This document shows positions 38,501 through 50,400 of a stretch of DNA of 64,000 nucleotides, piece by piece. Location: positions 10,540,001 to 10,604,000 of the forward strand of contig OU015566.1 of the NCBI GenBank assembly GCA_907165135.1, read 5' to 3'. The number at the start of each line of letters is the position of its first letter. The first letter of the stretch is position 1. Both the position numbers and the translations under genes were made by a program. The notes beneath the pieces are model-generated. The model saw only the letters and a program-made list of their open reading frames with translations, was not told the origin of the DNA and did no database searches. The stretch is from Oikopleura dioica (taxonomy: Eukaryota; Animalia; Chordata).

Positions 38501-38815
38501 CTAATTCTAACTTAGAGAATCTCTAACTTGCAAGAAAATTAAACAATAACTTTTGGATATCTTTTGACTACTCGTATTGGCTTCTATATTTTTTCGTCCG
38601 TATAGTATTCGTAACTGTATATTATGTGATTGTTACAGCATGAAATCTTAATGTAGAAAAAACGGTTCGTTTTCTACTTCAAGTAACATTTTCTTGTTCA
38701 GGTGGAGAGGTACATCCGAGCGGGCGGGGACGAGAGTGCCCTGATCAGCGGGGGCTCGAGCCGAACATCGTCCAGCAACGACAGTCATAACAGTTCTTCA
38801 TTCCGTCGAAGGTGA
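35556..38815 (+). CDS. SPNS1: Spinster-family MFS lysosomal transporter; first exon (35556-35580) tentative
   Basis: INMLNYMDRFTIVGVL, GLLQTAF, GYLGDRYNRK, TRCLVGIGEASYS and AVQMFLGHALGDAISPALIG. All introns GT-AG and in phase. Confidence 0.92.
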
Positions 38816-40370
38816 AGTCCTCTTCATCGGTGATCAACTCCCGAGATTTCTCCTTATTCGATAAATCTCGCTTTTGTTCAAGCAGCCACTTTTTCACTTT
38901 ACCCAAATAGCCCAAAATCCTGTTTGCGTTTTTGATAGATTCATGTATTCTTATGTACCAATGAGCTTAAAACATTTTATTTATTATTAAAAGAAACTAG
39001 TTCTACCGTTTCCACATCAATATCACGTCATGACTTCATTTAATCTAAATAACTTCAATCAAGAGCATAGATCACACGCCCACTGTTTATTTTCAATTTT
39101 AGTTAATATTTTGGGATGCTAACTATTTAGTTTATTTTATTATTTTATTTGTTGAATACTTACTTGCTGTAATCGTGACGATTCAGGTTGCGATTTTCGC
39201 GAAGGCTCTGGGGCGCCATCATCCGCCGGGTTTTCAGAGTTTGATTTGCCCGGGCTGGGTTGTTACTCACCTGTCACCTTCTGTCACCTTAATTTCAGTC
39301 ACTTCACTGCCTTTATCTCTTTACAGTCACACATGCATTTCTTTATTACACGCCTGTAACTATCAACTTTCAATGCGCCGGCGTCATTCAATACTCGGCC
39401 CAAAAAACTAGCTTCTGATGCTTTATTTCAACAAGCAGCAACTATTCAAAACGCCTGTTTTTATACACTACCTTAGTACGCTGTTTCTCTTGGATAGATA
39501 AATATCAACTTGTGTTTCACTATTCTAGCTTGCTTATTATTACTGTTAAAGATAAACAAATAAAGCGTTGACGAAAGACTACCCTGTGATTCGGAGTTTC
39601 AATGTCAATGAGATGATTTTTATTCTGGTAAATTAGGGTCGGCCAAAAAATTTTTTTGATCTCCAATTCTTTTGAAACCAGTTTCAGTGGATTCGCGGTG
39701 GTCAAAAACCTTTATAAACCAAAAATTGTTGAGATCCGATGTTCAGGTCTCATTCAAGGGCATTTTTTCCAAAAATTGGGACTTGAATTTGACATACTTG
39801 CTTAAAAAAATTAAATTCACTATATATTCAAGGCAAATGATATATTTGGTGGGAGAATATGATAGAGAAGGGTTCAAATTATACAGGTAATTAACAGAAA
39901 AGAGATTGAGTACTCATATACCATTTTTATGGAAGGGTGTTTTGTGCCAATTACCCTTATATATGGTTAACTCAGGTATTCATTCATCCATAAATCAATA
40001 AAAAAAGATGTTTCAATCCCAAATTTTTGCTCATAAGTTAGATTAAACACTAAAGAATAACTTTGCTCTTTCCGAATGCTTATATGAGTTGGGGAATTTT
40101 TTTTAATAATTTTTAAATAAAACTACTGGATATTTACGAGAACTTAAAAATGAAGAAAAAAGTCTTATAAGAGGACAAAAAAGGCTCAAATTCTTATCTA
40201 TATGTTTGAACGATGATAAGAAATTATTAACTGAGTATTGTGTGGATATTATGAGTGATATTCATGAGAGTCTATTATCAGAGGATCTGTTGGTCTCTAT
40301 CTGTATCATTAAGAGGTCTTGAATGACCTTCAGCACTATGAATGTAGTTTCTAGTCGTTCAAATTACACA

Positions 40371-41120
40371 AAATGTCTTTTTGAATTATGCTAACATCAT
40401 CAGAAGTCCTGCTACTGATACCTATGATCTGTAAGGTAATGTCTGTATTAGAAACGCTTAGTCAATGACTCCGAAAATTGCATACATTCATTAACAGGGC
40501 GAAAGATGCCAAAAATGTCTTTTTGGATAATCGTCAAAGTATCAGAAGTCCTCTAACTGATGCCTATCATCTGTAAGTCAGTGTCTGTATTAGATAGGCT
40601 CAGTCAATGACTTCCGAAATTGCATACAGTCATAAACAGGGCTAAAGATGCCCAAAATGTCTTTTTGCATAATCCTCAAAGTATCAGATGTCCTCTAACT
40701 GATACCTATCATCTGTTAGTCAGTGTCTGTATAAGAAAGGCTTAGTCAATGACTTCCGAAATTGCATACAGTCATAAACAGGGCTAAAGATGCCCAAAAT
40801 GTCTTTTTGCATAATCCTCAAAGTATCAGATGTCCTCAAACTGATACTTATCATCTGTAAGTCAGTGTCTGTAATAGAGAGGCTTAGTCAATGACTCCGA
40901 AAATTGCATTCAGTGATAAACAGGGCTTAAGATGCCCAAAATGTCTATTTGAATAATCCTCAAAGTATCAGAAGTCTTTCAACTGATACCTATTGTCTGT
41001 AAGTCAGTGTTTGTATTAGAAAGGCTTAGTCAATGACTTCTGAAATTGCATACAGTCATTAACAAAGTTCAAGATGCACAAAATGTCTTTTTGGAAAATT
41101 CTCAAAGTATTAAGAGTCCT
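40371..41120. repeat. 142-bp tandem repeat, ~5.3 diverged copies
   Basis: The anchor AATCCTCAAAGTATCAG or a close variant recurs at about 40529, 40671, 40813, 40955 and 41097. Confidence 0.93.
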
Positions 41121-41589
41121 CTAATGTTTCTCACTGGGGCACGCCAATAAAACCGAAGATCGCCAATTTTCACTCATTTGCTCATGCTGACTCATTTTCA
41201 CTCAGTTCTATTTAAATGACTGTTGCGTTTTCCTAACTGTCTTAAAATTTTTTAATATTGTGAAAATGAAATGTCAAGCTAACGCCCAGTTACCATAGAA
41301 CGTAGGCTTACTTTAAACGCATGATAGTTTAGCTAAGAATGGTTTGATATGTTTTCTGAAATTTTATTGCTGTAATAGGATTTGTCACGTATTTCTCAAA
41401 ATAAAATCTCAAAGAATTTCGCTTATGGGGTTTTATGAAAATCATTGATAAAGTGGTAACAGCCAGTAATCCGAAGTTATTAGCGCGCTTTGCGGAAATC
41501 GTTTGCAAACAAGCCAAAACAATGTCTCAAAAGCGCAAACACCCGTTGTGGAACAGATCCTAACGCCCATAGTACGGAGGCTCACTTAC

Positions 41590-43015
41590 GGAGGCCAGCA
41601 CCCTTTCTTGGATTCAATTAGGTACGGGGCCAAGCCGACTCGTAGGAAAGGCCAGCCTTATCTCTTGAATTCGGTTAAGTAAGGCGCAAAAACGACCCGA
41701 AAGGGAGGCCAGCCCCGACTCTTGAATTCAGTCGGGTAAGGGGCGTAGCCGACCCGAAGGATAAGAAAGCCCCGTCTCTTACATTCAGTCAGGTAAGGGG
41801 CGACGCCGACCCGAAGGCAAAGCTTGCCCCGTCTCACAATTCAGTCAGGTAAGGGACCAAGCCGACCCGTACCTAACTGTATCCAACAGACGAGGCTTGG
41901 CTCCCCTTCGGCTTGGCTTGGCCCCTTACCTGACTAAATTTAGGAGAGGAGGCTTGCCTCTCGTCCGGGTCGGCTTGGCTCCTTACCAACCTGAATCCAA
42001 GAAACGGGGCTGGCCTCCCCCTCCGGGCTGGCTTGGCCCCTTAACTAACTGAATCCAGGAAACGGGGCTGGCCTCCCCTCCGGGTCGGCTTGGCCCCTTA
42101 CCTAACTGAATCCAAGAAACGGGGCTTGCCTCCCCTTCGGGTCGGCTTGGCTCCTTACCTCCCTGAATCCAAGAAACGGGGCCAGCCTCCTCTCCGGGTC
42201 GGCTTCGCCCCTTACCTACCTGAATCCAAGAAACGGGGCTGGCCTCTCCTCCGGGTCGGCTTGGCCCCTTACCTGACTGAATTAAGGAGACGGGGCTTGC
42301 CTCCCCTCCGGGTCGGCTTGGCCCCTTACCTAACTGAATCCAAGAAACGGGGCTGGCCTCCCCTCCGGGTCGGCTTGGCCCCTTACCTAACTGAATCCAA
42401 GAAACGAGGCTGGCCTCACCTTCGGGTCGGCTTGGCTCCTTACCTCCCTGAATCCAAGAAACGGGGCCGGCCTCCTCTCCGGGTTGGCTTGGCCCCTTAC
42501 CTAACTGAATCAAAGGAACGGGGCTGGCCTCTCCTTCGGGTCGGCTTGGCCCCTTACCTACCTGAATCCAAGAAACGGGGCTGGCCTCCCCTCCGGGTCG
42601 GCTTGGCCCCTTACCTGACTGAATTAAGGAGACGGGGCTTGCCTCCCCTCCGGGTCGGCTTGGCCCCTTACCTAACTGAATCCAAGAAACGGGGCTTGGC
42701 CCCTTACCTAACTGAATCCAAGAAACGGGGCTGGCCTCCCCTTCGGGTCGGCTTGGCTCCTTACCTACCTGAATCCAAGAAACGGTACTGGCCTCTCCTT
42801 CGGGTCGGCTTGGCCCCTTACCTGACTGAATTAAGGAGACGGGGCTGGCCTCCCTTTCGGGTCGGCTTGGCCCCTTACCTGACTGAATTAAGGAGACGGG
42901 GCTTACCTTCCCTTTTGGTCGGCTTTGTTCCGTATCTGACTTAATTCAAGAGACGAGGCTCGCCTCCCCGTCGGGTCGTTTTCGCGCCTTACTTTACTGA
43001 ATTCAAGAGAGGGGG
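41590..43015. repeat. 57-bp minisatellite in two opposed arrays (~5 reverse units, then ~20 forward units; switch at ~41870)
   Basis: Unit GGGTCGGCTTGGCCCCTTACCTAACTGAATCCAAGAAACGGGGCTGGCCTCCCCTCC. 41590-41869 carries its reverse complement. Confidence 0.93.
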
Positions 43016-43029
43016 CCGATGTCCGCTTC

Positions 43030-43375
43030 GAGTTGGTCTTTCACCCGGGTTCCCTCGGAAGGTTTACGGCAGATAGTGAACGAAAGTGGCTTAATGTGGC
43101 AGTTTTCGGCCAAGCAAGGCTATTTATATATTTTTTTGAATATTGGTCTTCAACCAGTTGGTCTTCTAGTAAGGGGGTCCTCCGAGAGGTCCTCCGGCAG
43201 AAAGTGACCGAAATTGGTCGAATGTGGCCATCCAAAGCTTTTTAATTTTTTTTCTATTATTGGTCCTCCAGCAGTTTGTCTTCCAGTAAGGGGTCCTCCG
43301 GAAGGTCCTCCGGCAATAAGTGGCCAAACTTGACCGAAGTCGGCAACCACTTGCCAATCAAGGCTTGATATTTGG
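43030..43375. repeat. 117-bp tandem repeat, ~3 diverged copies
   Basis: TATTGGTC...CAGT..GTCTTC.AGTAAGGGG..TCCTCCG at 43141 and 43258, with a degenerate copy upstream. Confidence 0.75.
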
Positions 43376-43617
43376 CGTAGCCAAAAATTTGATATTTAGA
43401 AACGTCCAAGATTCACGTTTTAAGTGACGAAAATCGCGATTTTCAAAAAATTCTAAAAAAATTTCCCCAACTCGCACAGACAAATGGTTAGTACCATTCG
43501 AATCGTCTCGTTCTCCTCTTTCTAACAAGGTATAATTCGTAATTGAAACACGAGATCGATTTTTTTTTGGCCGACCCTATGGTAAATGAATGAAGAAAAG
43601 TTTTCAAGGGCAAAATT

Positions 43618-43960
43618 TTAAGCCTTTGCTGTCTTCGGATTTTCAGCATCGAGCTTCTTGAAATGTTCCGTCGAGACTCCGTTGATTCTCCGAGAGCTGT
43701 TCGCGATTCTAAAGACGATGTTTCTGATAATTTTTTTTGTACGATTTTACCTATTTGCATGCTCTTCCACTTCCTGGTCGTCGGTTTTCCTGGTGATTTC
43801 CAGCGCGAACCTCGAAATGTGTCTTATCATTTTCCACATGGTCTTTACGTCTCCTTCAAGCTCTGCGAGATTTTCATTCACTCCCTTGAGCTCTTCCGTA
43901 ATGCTTGGAATTTCTTCGTTGCAACTCGCGATGGTCATTTTTCCCAAACTTTTCTAAAAG
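43618..43960 (-). CDS. Possible 3' exons of an uncharacterised coiled-coil protein
   Basis: The AG-preceded frame KSLGKMTIASCNEEIPSITEELKGVNENLAELEGDVKTMWKM... has heptad character. Upstream exon-like segment near 44210-44300. Confidence 0.25.
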
Positions 43961-46900
43961 CGTCAAATTTTAATGAAATCAAAGAAAAGTGAAAACAATC
44001 TCTTGAACAGGAATCTTTTATGAACTAAGAATTTTCCAATGACTTAGTTGCAAAAAGAATATCTAGAAGATAAGTCACAAAGTCTGAGCGACAAACGCGC
44101 TGAAATCAAGGAAGAGTTTTTTTTGAAAATCATTGATTTTCACTGATTAGTAATGTCTTGAAAGCAGTTTGAACGCATTAAACTAAAGTACTCATTCTTG
44201 CTTACATTTTTTTCGTGTGTGCACTTCCATCAAATAAATCTAGTTGAACACGCTCGTCCGTGATTATTCCAGTTCCCTGAGCTGCGCCATGTTTTCTAAA
44301 AATCCGGTATATTTGTCGTTCTTTCCTGTTCTCGATTGAACTAAGGAAAAACCAAGAATTAACAACTACTATATTTATGTGATTGATGCAAAGCTGCATT
44401 ATTATTTTATTACCCAGTTCGAAAAAAAGAATGAAATCATTCGAACTTACTGTTTTTAAACACAATACAGACAAAGAAAAATAGAAAATCAAATCAAATT
44501 ATAGTAGTTATTTTTCTTGACAATAGATTGATGGAGCGAAAAGATATTTAGATATTTTGGGAAGTTAGGTTTTCTCAAGAAAAGCGCCGACCCTTGGATT
44601 GTCGTGTAACTAAACATGGATTCACATTTTTTTCTAGCGAAGAAGAACAGAAAGTTCAGCTTTGCAGTTTAGTCACAAACATTAAAAAACCGCTATCTTT
44701 GAATTAATTAGCCTTATTCAGAGCTACAAAGAACTTTAGTAAAATTTCTTTAGTGAGCTCCTTTCAAAGCGGAACTAGGTTAATCATTCGCCTGTGCAGC
44801 TCATCGAGTGTTTTTTCGCCACTCCCCGACTCGAACAGCAAAGTACCTTCATCCTCTCGTTATAGCTATCGAGAGTAGTTGGCCCTTGAATAAAGTTTGT
44901 GGAAGTTTGATAAAAAAGGAACGCAGTGTTCATCTTATTTGTATACTAGGCTGATAGACGAAAGTGTAAAAGTTCAGATAAGTTGGTTTCTTTAGAATTG
45001 GGATATTTATCTCATTACTGTTCTAAAAAAGATCCTAATTGATGGATGAAAGAATTCCTCCTGGGGAGGGAAATCGAGAGTTGTGACATCAAATCGTTTG
45101 AATTAATAATTCATTAGCTGTTTCTCCAATAGATTAGAGACTGGGGCGGGTCGGAAGTTTGTGGTGCGCCGCCGACTATTGACTAATGCTATCTGAGATG
45201 GGCCTTGAAATTACGCCAGAGCGGGGCGGAAACCGCGTTACGCACGCCGTGGTTCATTATCTCGCCCCAAAATGGTCGTTCAAGGCACGTTCGACATCAT
45301 TGATGCTCATTTAGAAGATTTTGCAGCTAACGGTGGATGAACAGTATTTTTTCAAATTTCGCTAGGGGATCTAAATCAGTAGATCAGTCACGATTTTGAA
45401 CGAAAAAAAGCTACCCAGCACACGTTTCTTGTGGCCAAAAATTTTTTGAAAAAGTAATGACGGTTTGAGACTTGGAAAAGAAAAGCCGGATCAGGTTGGG
45501 TATCAGGGAAAAATTGAACCGGTTCAATTCACGAGGGCCCGTACGGTTCCGGATCACCACGGAGAACTTCGGAAGTCAAAACGAATATTCTCTTTTTCTA
45601 AAGAAAGCGCTGCGGAAGCAATTCCTTGTTTATCATTATATTTCTGTTATTCCCAAAGCTTTTCGATGCCTTTTTCTCGGCCCTTGTTGGATCTGTTTCT
45701 AGCTGACGGGAAATTTCAAATTTGCAATGCAGAGTATCTGAATATAATCCGCTTCGGAATTCGTCCAACGTGGAATCCAGAATTCAATCGAATACATTTT
45801 AATTTAGATGATCATTTTTGGCATTTTTCCCACGTAGTCGAAAATTTTAACTCAGAAGGCAGAGATCTTGAGATATTTTAGAGTCGTTTGGAATCTGAAA
45901 TTTAGGTGGGCAACTTTGTTATAAATGCTGAAATGAGGAAAACAGACGGAGTAAAAAACGGTCTGCAAGGAAAGTTGGCTGCGTGCCTGAGTATTACAGT
46001 AGCTCTGTTTGCTTTTGAAGTAGGTTCTTCTGGGAAGCAGTTGTTTGTCTTTGCGTTTAGTGTTTTTACTGGCGCGGCTGGGTGCATCCACTCGCGGAAT
46101 CGATCGTCCGCCCTTCAACTTCAGATTTTTTGACAGATGCAACTGTTGCACAGTTCAAGTACTAAACAATATTGGGAAGCAGCCAAGAAATCCTCGTACT
46201 GGGTGATGAATCATCACTGATGATAAAGAAAATAAATACGGAAAACTGTAGTTGGAGAAAATCAATGAAATTAGCTTTGCGACGTTGTTTTGTTTTGTTT
46301 CGAGTTCCCGATTAATTGATGCTTTACGAAACGGGTTAACGAAATAATTGTTTGAAGAACTATTATTTTTGATGAAAAAATTTTTAGATGATGTAAAACC
46401 GCCGCCCTTCCGCCTCCTTGCTTTTTAGGGTTAATTAAATTTCCGTGTATTTTCACCACTCTATTTGGTTTGATCATTATTCCGCTGGATTGTGACTTCC
46501 GCCTGCAGCTCCATTCGGTTAGGAGCATAAATTTGGCCCATTTCCGGCGAAGTTGGTAATCTTTTGTGTAAATCGGCAACTCAAAGCAAACTCAACCGGG
46601 CCAAGCGAGGACCTTGTAAGCCGCTCTGTTCACCAGATTTAAAATTGGTCCTTCTGCAGAGTCTGTTAAATAGAATTTTGTTTAGATCAAATAATTATAC
46701 ACAAAAAAGAAAAATTAACGACGAAAAGTAACTGGCTAAATTTGGCTCTCCATTCAATCACAAACACAGTGTTTGAAACACTAACAAGGGAGTGGTATCT
46801 ACAAGTTATACCGTACAAATAATGAGTATAATCATTCGTCGTATAAACCAATTTATGATTCAGTAGACTTTTGGTATTATTATTGAAAAAATAATTTGGA

Positions 46901-47328
46901 AGGGACTCTATCAAAAGAGACCCCTCTTTGATGAAAACGATAAGTACGGTTGGATAATATTGAAAAACGTAGCTGCAATGCGTTATCAATATGATTAAGC
47001 CTGAGGGATCATTAATATTTCATACTGTTGTAAGGCTCTTGATCGGTTTTTGATATCTGCACGCGATCAAAAAGTATCGAGTACGATGGGCTAAGACAGA
47101 AATCCTTTCTATCGCTCAATTTTCAATATTAAAGAGGCGCTTCAAAGACTTACGTTAATATCGCACATTTATCGAGCAGATAGTCTTAAATGTGTCTCGC
47201 TTCGTTAAGGAACTATCGGATGTTTCGTTTAAAACTCGACTCTCTGGTCCATATCTAAGAGAGTATCGAACAATTCGAACTATAACTATACAAATATCTC
47301 ACCATAGCTGATTACTATATTATAACTA

Positions 47329-47405
47329 TTAGGGAAGGGTTAGGGTTAGAGTTTGGGTAAGATATGGATGTGTTAGGGTTAGGGTTAGAATAGGGGGTTA
47401 GGGTT
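47329..47405 (+). repeat. Interstitial telomere-like (TTAGGG)n remnant
   Basis: Five perfect TTAGGG copies plus variants (TTAGAG, TTTGGG, TTAGAA). Confidence 0.75.
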
Positions 47406-50400
47406 TAATAATGACATTTGGTTTTTATTATTCCTAAGAACTTTGATTCAGATAATAATATGTTGCTCTGATTCGTTCCTTGTAAAGTTTGTTTGGGCCT
47501 AGCTGGACGGACCCTTTCCTTTTTAGATTGAAATGCCTCCGTCTGGAATGGTTAATTCCAGCGGATTATCCATCTCCTTGAGGATCACTGGCGTTATCAA
47601 ATTTGGACAAAATGGAGTAAAGTTTGAAGGGGATAAGATTTGAAACAACAAAAATTAGCTTTGCGCTCAAACAAAATCCCCTTCGCGCATTTTTTACCAA
47701 TATTTGGCCACTCGCACTTTCCGTGCAGTAAATTAAACGCTCAAAAGCTTTGTCGTCTGGGCACACAACATTACTCTAAATGAAGACGGACACGGGAAAT
47801 TTATGGGGCTTGCTTTTGTTTTTCTCAGAAAAACATTAATTCCAACAATTAAAAATTGTTTCTCTTTTGATTATAATACCCTCTTTTTTGAACTAATTTT
47901 AAGAGTTTACATGACTAAAGAAAAACAGCCCACAGCACTTAAAATCCAATACTCATAGTCTTAAGACTAGAATACTCATAATTTTGACAGTTAAATATAC
48001 CACCTGGAAACACAATAATCCTTGGCTTTATTTTGAGTGACATTTTGGAATTTTGAAGGTTCCCAACCTTGTTGATTATTCATTCCTCCTAACACAAAAA
48101 AAACTATTGAAGTTCATTTTAAATGTTGAGTTCTGTTTTTCATTTCTCAGAATTGTGCAAGCTGCATATTTTGACACAATTATATATATATTGGTATAAA
48201 CCAGGAGGTGAAAAAAGGTTGTTTTCAGATTAAGAAGAATCGAATTAGACTGCCAAATTGCTTGGGTTGCAACGAGTTGAGTATTTGGAATAGTTTGTCG
48301 TTTTGGTGGAAACATTGGCGGGCACCTACAGCCGGAATGCCACAATAAAGAAACTCTTTTTCTTGTTCAACAGATTTTCCCTGCGAAAATTGGTTCAATG
48401 CTGCAGTATAAATTTTTTCGGTCGAAATCTGTCTTGGGATAAAATCAGAAATCAAGTTACCGAGGCTTCAAATTATTAACCAGTTTGAACTCTAATAAAG
48501 GCAGCATATTGTAAATTCTAAATTTAGCGGGCGTAATGTCCGTGCCAAATGTGCGTCCCCTCTGTCATTATGGTAACTGTAGCTTTAATTATGCAGAGTC
48601 CATAGTCGATAATATAAAAATTAACACGGATTGTCTAAGGGCACTTCTGAATCTGTCAATCTCGGTAATTATCAATCAGAATCGTTAATACAGTATTTAT
48701 AGTACAACATTCTGGAGACCGAAATAATTACGCATATGGACATTTCTTTCATATTCAAAAATCTACCAGCTCGTTTTTTTTCGTTTCGTGTCTGAATAAA
48801 TAATAAACCTTAACACCCCCAGAAATGAATGGACTGAATAATTGCTCGTTTTTTTATTAAAATAAAAAACTGGGTGATGCACTTTTTAGCTGATGAATAT
48901 TTTATTCGAAAAGGACCATCCTTGACGAAGACTGTCTATTTTTGCTGAAGCGATTAAATTTTGTAAAAATTAAACAATCGTATATTCTCTTTGGACGCAA
49001 CAACTCTACAAGTCTATTAAATAATATTAAGTCTGTTTGATTAAAATCTCCTTACGACCATAATGAGATAAATGATCGTTTGAAATTATCGAGCTAACAT
49101 CAACACGTACCAAACATATGTACTGTACCATGTATGCGCACTCGAGTCTTCCCGCTGGGTTGTTGATCTCCTTAATCAATTCTCTCCAAGTTCACCGCCA
49201 TATGCAAGTGCATACGAATTAGTACTCGTTCAAATTTCTTGGCGCCTCGCCAAAATCGAACAGGTTGTGAAGCAGGCGTTTTGTGCAGTTACTGTTGGAC
49301 AACTTGTAGTTACAGTTGCATGCTGGAGTGGGATCAGACGAAATCGATTCTGGCCGTTGAATTTTTTCTCAAGGCATCGAATATAATTATGTCTGTGTTC
49401 AAATCACGGTGTAGAAAGAAAACAGTTGCTTCTGGAATAAATTATTCCGAATAATTTTATTTTTACCCAAAACTTAGAAATTGTCTTAATCATATTTTGA
49501 GAGCAGGATTCCAGCGAAAACATGAGAGTTCCAAATAACACTCTTCAAGTGCTGTTTTCCTTCCCTGTTTTTCAGTCATTTCGAAGCCAGAAGGAGCAGA
49601 TCTCGGAATTACTAAGGTTCACCATTGTAAGCGGCAGTTCTGTCGGATTGCTGCACCTTTAGAGCGGCTTAGCCCTTATGCGCCCTACAATTTAATGTTT
49701 TAGATTATAAGCGCTTAGATTTAAAAAATATAAAGCTTTGTCTATAGAAAAGGAATAGATTCTGGGCCAATCTGTTGAGTGTTTAATCTTTTTAAACAAT
49801 ATTTACTTATAAAAACTTGTAACAGCCAAATTTACTATTGATAAAAAATAATTTTCATCTAAAGAAAAAAAATTTTAAGAAGCAAAGTCTGCTTGCCATT
49901 TGACTAATTTGTAAGAAGGAAGCTCAAATTATTGCTAAACAGTTGTCGAAATGAATTCGATTAGTATTCGCCAAGCGAATACAATATCATCACTATTATA
50001 GCAACTTGTTTACGGCAGAAAAACAGAGTACTGGCTACTTTATTAATAGGTGCAACAAAGCCGGATTATTTGGATAAACTAATAACAGTCGATGTTTCGC
50101 GAGAAACTCTTTTTACAAACGCATAGGCCGGTGAACAAAATATCATTATTGATATTGCACGAAAGATTGAGTTGTCATATATCAATAGTTATGACGCGAG
50201 TTGCTGACAAGTCCAGCCAGAAGCCGGAAGTTATTTCTGTCCACAGCTCCATATTTTTAATGTCTTCATTATTCTGCACAAGCATGTTTGCTTTTTATGG
50301 GGAGAGGGTGTTGTTTTCGGAGCTCCAAAAGTGAGAAAATCGCATAGAGCTGGGAGTAAGTTATATTGTGTGGCGATCCATTCCGGAGGGATAAAATGCA

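Noticed and set aside
41130-41165. CACTGGGG start suggesting a CACTA-type terminus
   Set aside because: No matching reverse-complement end was found in the window.
41983-42944. 284-aa and 176-aa repeat ORFs as annotated genes
   Set aside because: Non-ATG starts, and openness follows from a 57-nt period. Kept only as a hypothesis in findings.
40371-43375. CRISPR-like appearance of the regular repeats
   Set aside because: The units are contiguous with no unique spacers, the context is eukaryotic, and there are no cas genes.
44810-44900. tRNA/Pol III B-box-like GTTCGAGTC on the minus strand
   Set aside because: The T-arm and acceptor stems do not pair and no cloverleaf can be drawn.
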